This document shows positions 1-11,053 of a stretch of DNA of 64,000 bases, one piece after another. This stretch comes from Azolla caroliniana. Taxonomy: Eukaryota; Plantae; Polypodiophyta. How positions within the stretch are numbered: the stretch's first letter is position 1; every line of letters begins with the position of its first letter. Position numbers and translations under genes: made by a program. The stretch is taken from positions 10,106,001 to 10,170,000 of the forward strand of contig JBHGNT010000006.1 in the NCBI GenBank assembly GCA_043228905.1, in the 5' to 3' direction. The notes beneath the pieces are model-generated. The model was not told the DNA's origin. It saw only the letters and a program-made list of their open reading frames with translations, and made no database searches.

Positions 1-377
1 GGTGCCGATCCACCCGACCACCCCCGAGCGAAGGGATCGAGACGGACTCGAGCCTCGATCGGCGTCCCATACCACCGCCGTGGCGTCGAGTCGTACCTGG
101 TGCTGGCGCGCTCGCTACAAGAGTTGACCCACCACACGAGCAGAGTCTCGATGTAGTCAAAAGATGATCCAATGAGGGTAGCTAGGCCTCTTATTTATAG
201 CGAAACCCAAGGCCCCCAGGCAAGTTCACACTTGACCTAATGGGTTGTCTCAATCCCGAGGATTAAAAGTAATCCTCCCCTTCTTTACATTCTCCTTTAA
301 CCCTCACACTTATCCACGTGTATAGAATACTACGGTAAATTCTTACCACGGGATATTATATGGTCATGCCCGTAACA
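1..377 (-). mobile_element. Partial LTR (U3 end) of an element inserted into gag of Gypsy A; remainder lies left of the window
   Basis: Ends in ...cccgTAACA at 377 (TGTTAC on minus), minus-strand TATA (ctataaataag) at 190-200, and gag-like reading frame starts abruptly at 380. Confidence 0.6.
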
Positions 378-379
378 GT

Positions 380-1469
380 CAGCTTGCCCGCGCACCCCCA
401 GAGGAGGAATTACGGATTATATTCCTAAACGCGCTCCGGGAACCCCTACGCACGGTTTGCATGGTAATTGACTTCCGCACAAGTACCATCGACCAGGTCA
501 TTGACCGGGTGAGAGAGATGGAAAAGACAAGCTCCTGGCTCACACTGGGAGCACTCCAACGGGCGTTACCATCCGAAGAAGACCTCCGGTTTCGGCAAGC
601 AATACAGTGCACAACCTGCTTGAATTCCGGACACTCGGCTCTAGAATGCACTATGAGGATGCAATGTGTAATCTGTCAATCCAAGGGCCATATGACGGAT
701 AGGTGCGAGTATAATCTATTGAACCAGCAAGCACCGCCCGTCCGACAAATAGAGCCACGCAGTAGCCAGGATGAAGAAGAGGAACGCTGGCGGCGAATGG
801 ACCACGACCGACCGGCACAGGATGTCCGGTATGGCGATCGACGGGAGAATGATGTCCTGTACGGTGATCGGCAGGATAACTATGACCAACATGATCGGTA
901 CCGGGATTACAATAGACGATACGAACATTACGACCGGGAGCACTCCCCCGGGTATCGTCAGCAACGGGAGGAATACGACAGATATAACGGGCAACCTCGT
1001 CAAGAGTACCGAAATAAGAAGAGCTATAACAAAAAACGGAATTTCAAAAAAGGCGGCTACCCACGGGATCCGGAACAAGGAGCTTCGAGCAGCCAACCGG
1101 CCCAAAACCCCGCGCGCACCACAGGACCTGCCCCTGGTACAACAGACAATGCCGAATCCGGCAATACCCAGAAAGCCTACTGCTACTACTTCCGACAGGA
1201 AGGCCATTATAGTAATCAATGCCCGGTGAAGAGCTATGAAAAACGACTGGCGGTAAATATGGTAGTCCCTGAGGTGGCAGATCTGCAGCAGGTGACCACA
1301 AGGTCAAAGGGCATGGCCAAGGAATGGGAGACGCAGGAGACCATCCGGAAGCAAGCGACGGAATGGGTGAAGAAAGCAAACGAGCAGAATGTCACAGACT
1401 TACAGCGGCAAAAGGAGAACAACGTAGGGCTTGCCGGCGGCAGTCACTCCGAGAACGAGACATGGCAGG
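380..1469 (+). pseudogene. gag fragment of Gypsy A
   Basis: FLNALREPLR capsid-like motif, two CCHC knuckles (CTTCLNSGHSALEC, CVICQSKGHMTDRC) plus a degenerate third. Removing the Copia restores the frame ENETWQ-ALQECQITLP. Confidence 0.85.
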
Positions 1470-1770
1470 TGTTGGAGACAAGGCCGTGTCGATGCGGAAG
1501 ATCTAATAGCATTCGATTAGGGTTGAGTACCTGCGTATGACAGAATCATAGATCGTGCACAGAGATAGAGAGAGAGAGAGAGGAGGCACAAAGACTCTTT
1601 CTATCAGATAGAAAAGTAATACAACCAACCTTACAAAAAGGTTACAAGGTCACTTTATATAGTGACCGACTTAGGGCAACTCCCGTTTATGCTAATTACA
1701 CAAATGGCCCAAACTTGAGCTATACAAAAGGGATAGTGTGAATACGTCCATTATACACTTGTATTCGACA
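1470..1770 (-). repeat. 3' LTR of intact Copia
   Basis: Direct repeat of 6675-6975; no difference seen by eye. Confidence 0.97.
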
Positions 1771-1963
1771 CTCCCCCGTAATGGGCGTATACATGGGTTA
1801 TCTAAGATTACAGGTATAAACCTAGGTTCTCGGACATATCAGTTTTGTTCGAGTCGGCAGGGTCCGAAGGCAGAAGACCGAACTGGTCGGGTCGGAAGAG
1901 TTGAAGCCGATCATTAAGGAACTGATGTCGGTTGTCGGAAACCATCCTGTGCTGTGTCCGGCT

Positions 1964-4900
1964 CTAACCGGACTGGTTTGTCGTTACGCCCATCTGATGC
2001 CGAAGAGACCGGAAACGGTCTGCCGAAAGACACTTGGTCATTCCATCTGCGACATTGTCGGTTGTGGATATTTTCTCTAGACCGATTTTCCCTGAAATGA
2101 CGCAGTCCCGAACGAAGTGATATCGAACGTCGATATGTTTGGAGGCGTTGTGATGAACCGGATTTTTCGACAGGGCAACAACACCTTGACTGTCGCTATA
2201 GACAACTGGGGCCGAGTCATGGTCGACTTGTTGAAACGTGTGCGCCAGCCGGCCGAGCCACAAAGCTTCTTTTGCAGCGTCGGACGCAGCTACATATTCT
2301 GCTTCGGTCGTTGAGGTCGCTGTGCACTCCTGAAGTTTCGACTTCCACGAAATTGCTCCATTGCCGAATTTGAAGCAGTATCCAGTTGTTGATTTCCGAC
2401 TGTCTATACAGCCGGCGAAGTCCGAGTCGGTGTAACCGACTACGCCTGAGGTTCGGTTCGGACCGAAAAGAATGCCGTGGTCTTTTGTGCCAGCCAGATA
2501 TCTGAACACATGCTTGACTGCGTTCCAATGCGATCGGCCAGGATTGTGCATAAATCTGCTAACGACTCCTACGGCATGAGAGATATCAGGCCGTTTCGCG
2601 ACCATCAGGTACATAAGGGAGCCGACTGCCGGTGCATACGGTACCGACTTCATATCTTCCCCCTCCGAACCGGATGTCGGGCAGTCTCGCTGAGAGAGCC
2701 GAAGATTCATGGGGAGCGGGGTTGAAGCAGATTTGGCTGATTGCATGTTGAAGCGTTCCAAGACACGTCCGATATAGTCGGTCTGAGACAAAAAAAGATG
2801 TCGTTTATCGCGATGCCGACTAATCTTCATGCCGAGGATGTGTCGTGCCGGACCGAGGTCCTTCATGGCAAACTTCAACCGCAGTTGCCGAATGAGATCG
2901 GCAAGTTCGCCCGCGTGGCGTCCAGAAATTAGCATGTCGTCCACGTAAATGATGAGGAAGATGGGTGATCCATCTTGAGCTGTGTTGGTAAAGAGACAAT
3001 GGTCCTCATCGCTTTTGGAGAAGCCGATCGATTGGATGAAGTCGTCGAACTTCTTGTACCATTGTCGCGGTGCCTGTTTGAGGCCGTATAGACTCTTCCT
3101 GAGTCGGCAGACTAGATGTTCTTGGCCAGTTGCCACGAAGCCTTTTGGCTGTTCCATATAAATTTCCTCTTCAAGATCACCATGGAGGAAGGCTGTTTTG
3201 ACATCTAGCTGAATCAGCTCCAAGTTGTCGGCTGCCACTACGCCGAGTAGAAAACGAAGGGTTGTCATTTTCACCACTGGTGAAAAAATCTCGTCGAAGT
3301 CGACGCCATATTCTTGTCGGAAGCCCTTCGCAACTAATCTGGCCTTGTACTTTGGGGTGGTCGAATCAGACGTCTCTTTTAATCGATAAACCCACTTGCA
3401 AGGAAGAGCACGTCGATTCTTAGGTAGTTCGACCAGATCCCAAGTCTTGTTTGCCCGAATGGAGTGCATTTCCGACTCCATCGCCAGATGCCAGGTGGCT
3501 GAATCGACAGATGTCGATGCTTCTTCGTAAGACGTCGGTTCGCCGGCGTCGGTGAAGAAAATTCCAGGAGAATACCTCTCCGGAGGTTGCGACAGTCTCT
3601 CGGATCGTCGAGGTATGATTGGACTGGTCGCATCGGGTATCGAGGTCGGATGGTCCGAAAGCGAATTATTCTGCTGTGCCGAGTCGGAGTTGTCCGAGTC
3701 GGTAGTGTAAGGTTCAGCTACCCGTGAAGCTGACCGTGTGTTAAGAGCAGGGCCTTCTTGAAGGGTCGGCACATCGGAAAATGTTACCCTTCGGACTTCG
3801 ATCGATTTTTCGACTGATGGAGTCATAGCCGACTCGTTGAACACAACGTCCGAACTTCGAACGATTTGTCTGCGTTCGGGGTCCCAGAGTCGGTATCCCA
3901 TTTCGCCGTCTGATCCATATCCAAGGAAAATGCATTTCCTGGACCGAGGTGCAAGTTTTCGGCGATCATCTTTCGGAATGAGGGCGTACGCCTCGCATCC
4001 GAAGATCCTCAGCTTGTCGTAATTCGGCTTACTGCCGATCCATAGTTCCTGAGGAATTTGAAGTCCTAGAGGTCTGCTTGGCGACATATTGATTATGTGT
4101 ACTGCCGTGAGTAGAGCCTCTGCCCAGAAGCCATCCGACAGTCCGGAGTGTTGGAGCATGGAAACTATCCGTTCTTGGATTGTCCGATTCATGCGTTCTG
4201 CAATCCCGTTTTGCTCCGGACTGTGTGGTGCCGTCAATTCACGTCGGATGCTGCGTTGTCGGCAGAATTTGACGAATTCTTCTGATTTGAACTCTCCCCC
4301 ATTGTCGGTCCGAAAGCATTTCAGTTTGCGGTCAGTTTGATTTTCCACCATAGCGAGCCAATCGGAGAAGATCGAGAAGACACGATCTTTGGTGCGAATT
4401 GGATAAGCCCACACCTTTCGAGTCGAATCGTCAATAAAACTGACGAAGTAAGAGGCACCGCCGAGAGACTGATGCGGCATTGGGCCACAGACGTCCGAGT
4501 GGACTAAATCGAGAGGTCTCGTTTCTCTTGGTGCTGATGTCGGGTGTGATGCGGCTACTTGTTTGCCATACTGGCAATGTTCGCAGAATTGATGGTCCGA
4601 GAAGGAGAGTTTAGGGATGTATCCGGCTCTAGATAGGTGCGTAATGCCGGCCTTGCTGAGGTGTCCTAATCTTCTGTGCCATAGTGATGACACAGGAATA
4701 TCCACCAAAAACAGGTTACCCTCTCTGAGCGTAACATGTAACGGATACAGTGAGTGTATCTTGGGTCCTCTAGCAAGCAGGAGGTTCCCCCTGTGGAGTG
4801 TCCACCCTCCCGAAGAGAAACCGGCACGAATGCCGTCTTCATCTAGTTGTCCGACTGAGATCAATGGCCTTGAGAGCTCGGGTACATGTCGGACATTGTG

Positions 4901-5980
4901 AAGTACAAGTGTAGAGCCACCTGCAAGGTTGAGCTCTACTGTGCCGATTCCAATGATGTCACAGTGTTGCGAGTTGCCGACTCGAACTGAGTCGGAGTGA
5001 CGGATTGTATATTGCCGAAATTGGGATCGATGAGGAGTCACGTGAAATGACGCACCCGAATCTAAGAGCCATGTGCTCGATTCTTCAGTCGTGAGCAGAA
5101 CTTCTGATCCGACTGGATTTTCGATTGACAGTATATTCGGGTCGTTTGGTAGCACATCAGCTGAGAAGCTGACGTAATTGATCTCCTCATGCCGGCCACT
5201 CTTCTTGTTGTTCTTGTTCTTGAGTGCGCGACAGTCGGCTTTGATGTGTCCGGGTTTCTTGCAATAGTTGCAGATTCGGTTATCCCGTGACTGGCTCCGT
5301 CTTCGCTGATTGTTCGGCGGTCGTGAGGAATCTCTTCCTCGTATATTCGATCGGTCTGTCGAACCTTGTACTACATAAGCGTCGTCTGTTGAGTCTTTGG
5401 CGAAAGACTTTCTCCGAGCTGCTTCGGTCAGGATTGCGCTCGTGACTTCGGAGTATTTAACAGCCGTGGTTGACGCGTTGCACACGGTTGTGACGAAAGT
5501 TTCCCATGATGAGGGAAGGCTACTCATGAGTATCATTGCTCTGAGTTCATCCTCGATTGCCATCCCCTGAGATGAGATTTGGGAGCTTATGCTTTCGTAC
5601 TCATTGAGATGTGCTTGAACCGAATCGGATTCTTTCATCCGCAAGTTGTAGAGGCGCCGGATCAGAAACATCTTCGTTGCGGCGACCTTCTTTTCGTAAG
5701 TGTCCGACAGTGTTTTCCACAGTTCGAATGCTGTCGTACACGATTGCACCGTAAAATATACCGATTCCGATAGGTGCATCCGAATCGTGGCGCGGACGAT
5801 TCTGTCCAGCTTCTGCCACTCAATTGGTTTGTATCCTTCTGGAGGTTCTTCATTTTCGATGGGATCGATTTGCCCCTTGACTATGAGATAGTCCTGCATT
5901 TGCTCCTTCCAGAAGTTAAAGTTCGATCCATCGAACTTTCGTAGACTCATTTCTGACGAGCCGGATGTTGATGCCATCAA
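1964..5980 (-). CDS. Copia gag-pol polyprotein (gag, CCHC, PR, INT, RT, RNase H), uninterrupted
   Basis: CNYCKKPGHIKADC, WLLDSGAS, HSDVCGP/TDNGGEF/AERMNR, YVDDML, YTDSDFAG, ADGMTK. ATG at 5977. Confidence 0.97.
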   Translation of the reverse strand: MMASTSGSSEMSLRKFDGSNFNFWKEQMQDYLIVKGQIDPIENEEPPEGYKPIEWQKLDRIVRATIRMHLSESVYFTVQSCTTAFELWKTLSDTYEKKVAATKMFLIRRLYNLRMKESDSVQAHLNEYESISSQISSQGMAIEDELRAMILMSSLPSSWETFVTTVCNASTTAVKYSEVTSAILTEAARRKSFAKDSTDDAYVVQGSTDRSNIRGRDSSRPPNNQRRRSQSRDNRICNYCKKPGHIKADCRALKNKNNKKSGRHEEINYVSFSADVLPNDPNILSIENPVGSEVLLTTEESSTWLLDSGASFHVTPHRSQFRQYTIRHSDSVRVGNSQHCDIIGIGTVELNLAGGSTLVLHNVRHVPELSRPLISVGQLDEDGIRAGFSSGGWTLHRGNLLLARGPKIHSLYPLHVTLREGNLFLVDIPVSSLWHRRLGHLSKAGITHLSRAGYIPKLSFSDHQFCEHCQYGKQVAASHPTSAPRETRPLDLVHSDVCGPMPHQSLGGASYFVSFIDDSTRKVWAYPIRTKDRVFSIFSDWLAMVENQTDRKLKCFRTDNGGEFKSEEFVKFCRQRSIRRELTAPHSPEQNGIAERMNRTIQERIVSMLQHSGLSDGFWAEALLTAVHIINMSPSRPLGLQIPQELWIGSKPNYDKLRIFGCEAYALIPKDDRRKLAPRSRKCIFLGYGSDGEMGYRLWDPERRQIVRSSDVVFNESAMTPSVEKSIEVRRVTFSDVPTLQEGPALNTRSASRVAEPYTTDSDNSDSAQQNNSLSDHPTSIPDATSPIIPRRSERLSQPPERYSPGIFFTDAGEPTSYEEASTSVDSATWHLAMESEMHSIRANKTWDLVELPKNRRALPCKWVYRLKETSDSTTPKYKARLVAKGFRQEYGVDFDEIFSPVVKMTTLRFLLGVVAADNLELIQLDVKTAFLHGDLEEEIYMEQPKGFVATGQEHLVCRLRKSLYGLKQAPRQWYKKFDDFIQSIGFSKSDEDHCLFTNTAQDGSPIFLIIYVDDMLISGRHAGELADLIRQLRLKFAMKDLGPARHILGMKISRHRDKRHLFLSQTDYIGRVLERFNMQSAKSASTPLPMNLRLSQRDCPTSGSEGEDMKSVPYAPAVGSLMYLMVAKRPDISHAVGVVSRFMHNPGRSHWNAVKHVFRYLAGTKDHGILFGPNRTSGVVGYTDSDFAGCIDSRKSTTGYCFKFGNGAISWKSKLQECTATSTTEAEYVAASDAAKEALWLGRLAHTFQQVDHDSAPVVYSDSQGVVALSKNPVHHNASKHIDVRYHFVRDCVISGKIGLEKISTTDNVADGMTKCLSADRFRSLRHQMGVTTNQSG

Positions 5981-6660
5981 TCTTGGTTTCGGTTGACGAA
6001 GCTCGGTTCGGAGTTGACTACGAACCTTGTTGGAGTGCAGCCGGTTGGCTCACCCGATATCGTTCTAGTCGGATTTGAACCCGAGTAGGTTCGGCTTCGG
6101 ATATATGTATTGTTGAACTTGCTCGAATTGACTCCGGTAACTTGAGGGACAGAACCGACTGGTCTTCCCGAATGTTGCCGAGTCGGAGTGAGCCCGGTTC
6201 GCTTCGGATATATATGCCGAATACCGATTATTGAAACCGATTGTCTGGACCGATTCTGCTTCGGGTGACTGCAGCGACGAGAGAGACGGATCCAACTGAT
6301 CCTCTCGAATGTCGATCAGCCGGATGAAGCACAAATTTGGGGTTGTTGTCTTGAGACCGATCTGCACCGAGTGGTTACAATGAGCGGCGAGCAGCGTTTG
6401 TTGACCTCTTCGGATGCCGTTTAACCGAGTGGAGCACGATCGTGTCAATGTTGCACAAGGGGATTTCACCTCGAGTGGTTACGATCACAAGGAACAGAGT
6501 ACAACCGGCTGGCTTACTCCAAGCGAAAATGATCTAACGCGATGAGATGCAAGCCTCGTTTTTCTTCTTCTTCTCTCTTCTTCGAATGACGCAGGAAACC
6601 GAATGCTGTGCAGGCTGAGACGACGGCCGACAGCGGATTGAAGGACCGAATGCTGTGCAG

Positions 6661-6672
6661 GCTCTGATACCA
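6661..6672 (-). promoter_or_regulatory. Primer binding site, tRNA-iMet
   Basis: TGGTATCAGAGC on minus, 2 nt inside the 5' LTR. Confidence 0.95.
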
Positions 6673-6674
6673 GA

Positions 6675-6975
6675 TGTTGGAGACAAGGCCGTGTCGATGC
6701 GGAAGATCTAATAGCATTCGATTAGGGTTGAGTACCTGCGTATGACAGAATCATAGATCGTGCACAGAGATAGAGAGAGAGAGAGAGGAGGCACAAAGAC
6801 TCTTTCTATCAGATAGAAAAGTAATACAACCAACCTTACAAAAAGGTTACAAGGTCACTTTATATAGTGACCGACTTAGGGCAACTCCCGTTTATGCTAA
6901 TTACACAAATGGCCCAAACTTGAGCTATACAAAAGGGATAGTGTGAATACGTCCATTATACACTTGTATTCGACA
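6675..6975 (-). repeat. 5' LTR of intact Copia
   Basis: Matches 1470-1770; adjacent to PBS. Confidence 0.97.
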
Positions 6976-6980
6976 GCAGG

Positions 6981-9900
6981 CGTTGCAAGAATGCCAGATT
7001 ACGCTGCCACTAGGAAGACTCCTACAACTTGTGCCAAGATTCACAGGACTGAAGACGGCCATGATGGCAGGAGAATCATCACCGACACCGGTACTCTTCT
7101 CGAATCTGGAGGAGGGACCAACGGTGGTGGACACCAGCAGTCCGGTAATCACTGCCATTGTAAAAGGGAAAGACCTCCCCGGCACAGTCATAGACGGAGG
7201 CTCCGGGGTGAATGTAATAAGCCTCCGGATGTGTGATGCCCTAGGATCCATGAGTGGGAGCCGTGCCCGTTCTGGTTACGGATGGCCGATACAAGCTCAG
7301 TACGTCCGACAGGATTAATACGGAAATTAGAAGTCACCGTGGGCGGTCATACATTTCACATCTCGGCCGTAGTGCTACAATTACAGGCACAAGGCGCATA
7401 CCCGCTATTGCTGGGCAGGCCGTGCTTGAAAACGGCACATATCAAACAGAATTGGAGGAAAAATATAATTACCTTCCGGCGAGGAAAAGCCAAGGTACGG
7501 GTACCAACACAGCCAAGGACGAGCACTGGCAAGGACTGTACACCGTTGTATGCAGAGTGCGTCAACATGCTAGAAGGGTTAGCTGACGAAGAAGAAGCTC
7601 AATACTTGCAGGAAAACCCGAAGATCATACCCCTCTTCGAAATTGACATTGTCAAAGCAGTAGCGCCATACTTACCGCAACCGGAAGAGGCTGAAGCAGA
7701 ACCGGATAAAGACGCAATCCGGGAGTTACGGCAAGCGCAGGAAGCGTTGGAACGGGAAATGGCCGTTTCACAACACCTAAAAGCGTCGCAACTGGAAGAG
7801 GTGAACCTAGGGACCACGGACGAAGCAAAACCAGTGCACATCGCCAAGGAAATGAAGTCCGAAGACAAAACGGCGATGATCAGACTTCTCACGGAATTTC
7901 GCGATGTGTTCGCCTGGTCATACGAAGACATGTGAGGACTCGACCCTCAATTATACCAGCATCAGGTTCACTTGAGCAAGGACGCAAAACCAGTGGCACA
8001 AAGACGGTACCGGATGAATCCCAATTATGCCGCCAAAGTCAAGGAGGAAATCGACAAACTGCTAAGAGTTGGCTTTATATGTCCGGTAAAGAAAGCGACA
8101 TGGCTGAGCCCGATCGTAGTCGTACCGAAGAAGAACGAAAAAATTTGAGTTTGTGTGGACTACCGGAAACTCAATGCAACTACGGTAACAGATGCGTTTC
8201 CACTTCCGTTCACAGATGGAGTGTTGGATGCCGTCGCCGGCCATGAGGTCTATAGCTTCCTAGACGGATTTAGCGGGTATAATCAGATTCGGATGCACCC
8301 CGACAACCAAGAGAAAACGGCTTTCGTCACCGAATGGGGGGTGTTTGTGGCCGTGGTGATGATGTTCAGACTCAAAACGGGACCGGCAACATTTCAACGA
8401 ATCATCATGGAAATCTTTGGTGAATATATTCCGGCTTTTATGCAGGTTTTCCTTGACGATTTCGCCATCTATAGCCGGGAGGATGACCATTTTCAGCACC
8501 TCCGTCTGTGTCTAGAAAAGTGTAGAGCATACCGGCTAAGCTTGAATCCGGCAAAGTGTGTATTTGGCGTGTCCAGTGGAACTTTATTAGGACATATTGT
8601 GAGTCAAGAAGGTATTGCAGTCGACCCGGACAAAGTGAAAGCCATATTAGAAGCACCAGCGCCGGCAACGGCAAAGGCATTAAGCCGGTTCTTAGGCCAG
8701 ATCCGGTGGCACAGCCGGATGCTCCGATACTTGGCCGACCTGGCTACACCGTTGCATGCCGTCGTACATCGGACACCATTCCAGTGGACCGACACCGAGG
8801 ATAGGGCATATAGGGCCCTCAAGGTACTATTGTCGCAAGCACCGGTAGTGCAGCCTACGGATTGGAGTAAAGAATTTCACGTGTTTGTGGACGCCTCCGA
8901 CATCGCAATCAAAAGCGTACTGATGTAGCTTACGGAGCCAAAGTGGTACTGGCCAGTGTACTATGCCAGCCGAAAGCTATCCCAAGCAGAACGGAACTAC
9001 TCTACCACGGAACGGGAAGCTCTAGGGATGATCTACAGTGTGACAAAGTTTCGGCATTATTTATTGGGAAGGAAGTTTTCCTTCCATGTAGATCATTCGA
9101 CACTCCTTTACCTGGTGTCCAAAGCATCACTCACCGGTAAATTGGCCCGGTGGACCTTACTGTTACAGGAATTCGAGTTTGAAATATTCCACCGACCCGG
9201 TATACAGCATGCCGTGGCGGATTACTTAAGCCGATTAGAGTCCGGAGAGACGGGTGACGGAGTAGCGGATGAGTTTCCGGATGCGGAGCTGTTTCGAGTC
9301 ACTACGGAAACGGCAGCAGATGAGATGGTGGCACAGGAAGACAAGTGGCTCACAAACATGCACCAGTTTTTGAGCACAGGACTGCCTCCGGAAGAGATGA
9401 ACTGGGACGAACGGAAACGCCTGGTGGTGTAAAGCCGACATTTCTGCTTACTGCAAGACACACTTTACCACAAGGGCGCGGACGGCATATGGAGACGGGC
9501 TATGCGCAGCGATGAAAAGGACCTGATACTGAGGGAAACCCATTGCGGAGTTGCCGAAGGTCACTTTGCCGGAGATGCGACGACCAGGAAAATATGGCAA
9601 AGTGGCCTATGGTGGCCAGCGACATTAAGAGATGCGGTACAGTACGCAAAAGAATGTGACCTATGCCAGTGAATGGGCCAGCCAACGGAGCAGGCTCGTA
9701 TGCCACACCAGCCTGTACTACCACTCGAGCCATTCCAGAAGTGGGGGCTGGACTTTGTTGGACCGTTCAAACCACCGACAATGAGAACGGGTAATCGGTA
9801 CGTCATCGTCACGACGGATTACTGCACGAAATGGGTGGAGGCCAAAGCATTAAGAGACAACATCGCTGCGTCAACGACGAAATTTCTATACGAGTACATC

Positions 9901-10667
9901 TGGTGCCGTTACGGATGCCCAATCGAATTAATAAGCGACCAAGGGGGGCACTTTCTCGGCCAAGTAGTGGAAAGCCTGACGACATTCTATGCCGTTGTCC
10001 ATAAACGGAGCACACCATACTATCCGCAAGCAAACGGGTTAGCGGAATCAACGAATACCGGACGACATATAAAACGAGCATCCGAACAACACCGTTCCGG
10101 TTAGCGTTCAGACTAGAGGCGGTAATGCCGGTGGAATTCCAAGTACCCAGCTTACGGATCCAGCTACGGGAACGGCTGAACGAGAAGGAGTCGGAGGCAA
10201 TACGGTTAACAACGCTGTGTGAACTCGAGGAACAACGACTAGCAAGCATCCTACACTTAGAATTGGAACAACGGCGATGGAAAGCATTTGTCGACCGGCA
10301 CAGGAAAGGAAACGAAAAAATGTTCGCAATCGGCAAACCGGTGTTAGTATTTCAGACCCGGATGGGCAACATGCCGGGTAAGCTACGGTTTAGATGGACC
10401 GGCCCGTATTGGCTGACACGTGAGTATAATGGGTCCTACCAGTTAGGGACACTTGCCGGCGAAGTGCTGGGCAAATGGGTCAACGGATTCCGATTGAAGC
10501 CATATAGAGGACCGATGCCTAAGAACCCATTTGAGCAAAGGACCGACACGGGTGAGGAAACGGCAACCTCTGAGGGGAACGACAACCACCAAGACGGAGG
10601 AGATGGCATACTAGTACAGGGGAGAATGAGACAACGGCAAACCGTAATGAGGCCGGTAAGGGTCTGA
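6981..10667 (+). pseudogene. pol of Gypsy A (PR-RT-RH-INT), with stops, frameshift and an integrase deletion
   Basis: VIDGGSGVNVI, DYRKLN, LDGFSGYNQ, FLDD, VDASD, TTEREALG, WGLDFVGP, SDQGGHF, WTGPY. Confidence 0.93.
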
Positions 10668-11053
10668 TAGGACCAACGGACAACTAGTTAAACCTCACAC
10701 TAACAAAAAAAAAAAAACGAAGTAATCATGCAAAAGCGAGGAATGAATTGACGAAAGAGCGAGGAGCGAAAAGGTACGTAGTGGGCATTTAAAGCACCAC
10801 CACATGACATAATGCTATTTTAGTACACGACGTGCACACACTCGAAAAAGGCAGCAGAATGCACAGAGAAAAACCACTGCGCGTGGAAACCCTCTACTTT
10901 CGCGAACCCAGGAGCACAGAAGCACCAAGGCGCTGCAAGATCATCAGACGAGAACCTACACACAGAGAACCCCCGCCTTCTGAACTCTCTCTCTCTCACT
11001 CTCACTCTCATCACCAGCCAACCTCGCCGCCACAAGCCGACCTCGACACAAAC

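Larger units (their letters stand above)
1470..6975 (-). mobile_element. Intact Ty1/Copia element (Tnt1/Tork-like)
   Basis: 301-bp TG..CA LTRs, TSD GCAGG (1465-1469 / 6976-6980), tRNA-iMet PBS, PPT at 1771-1778, single 1338-aa ORF. Confidence 0.98.

Noticed and set aside
6065-6469. 134-aa upstream ORF in the Copia leader
   Set aside because: GTG start, no recognisable domain, no second copy to test.
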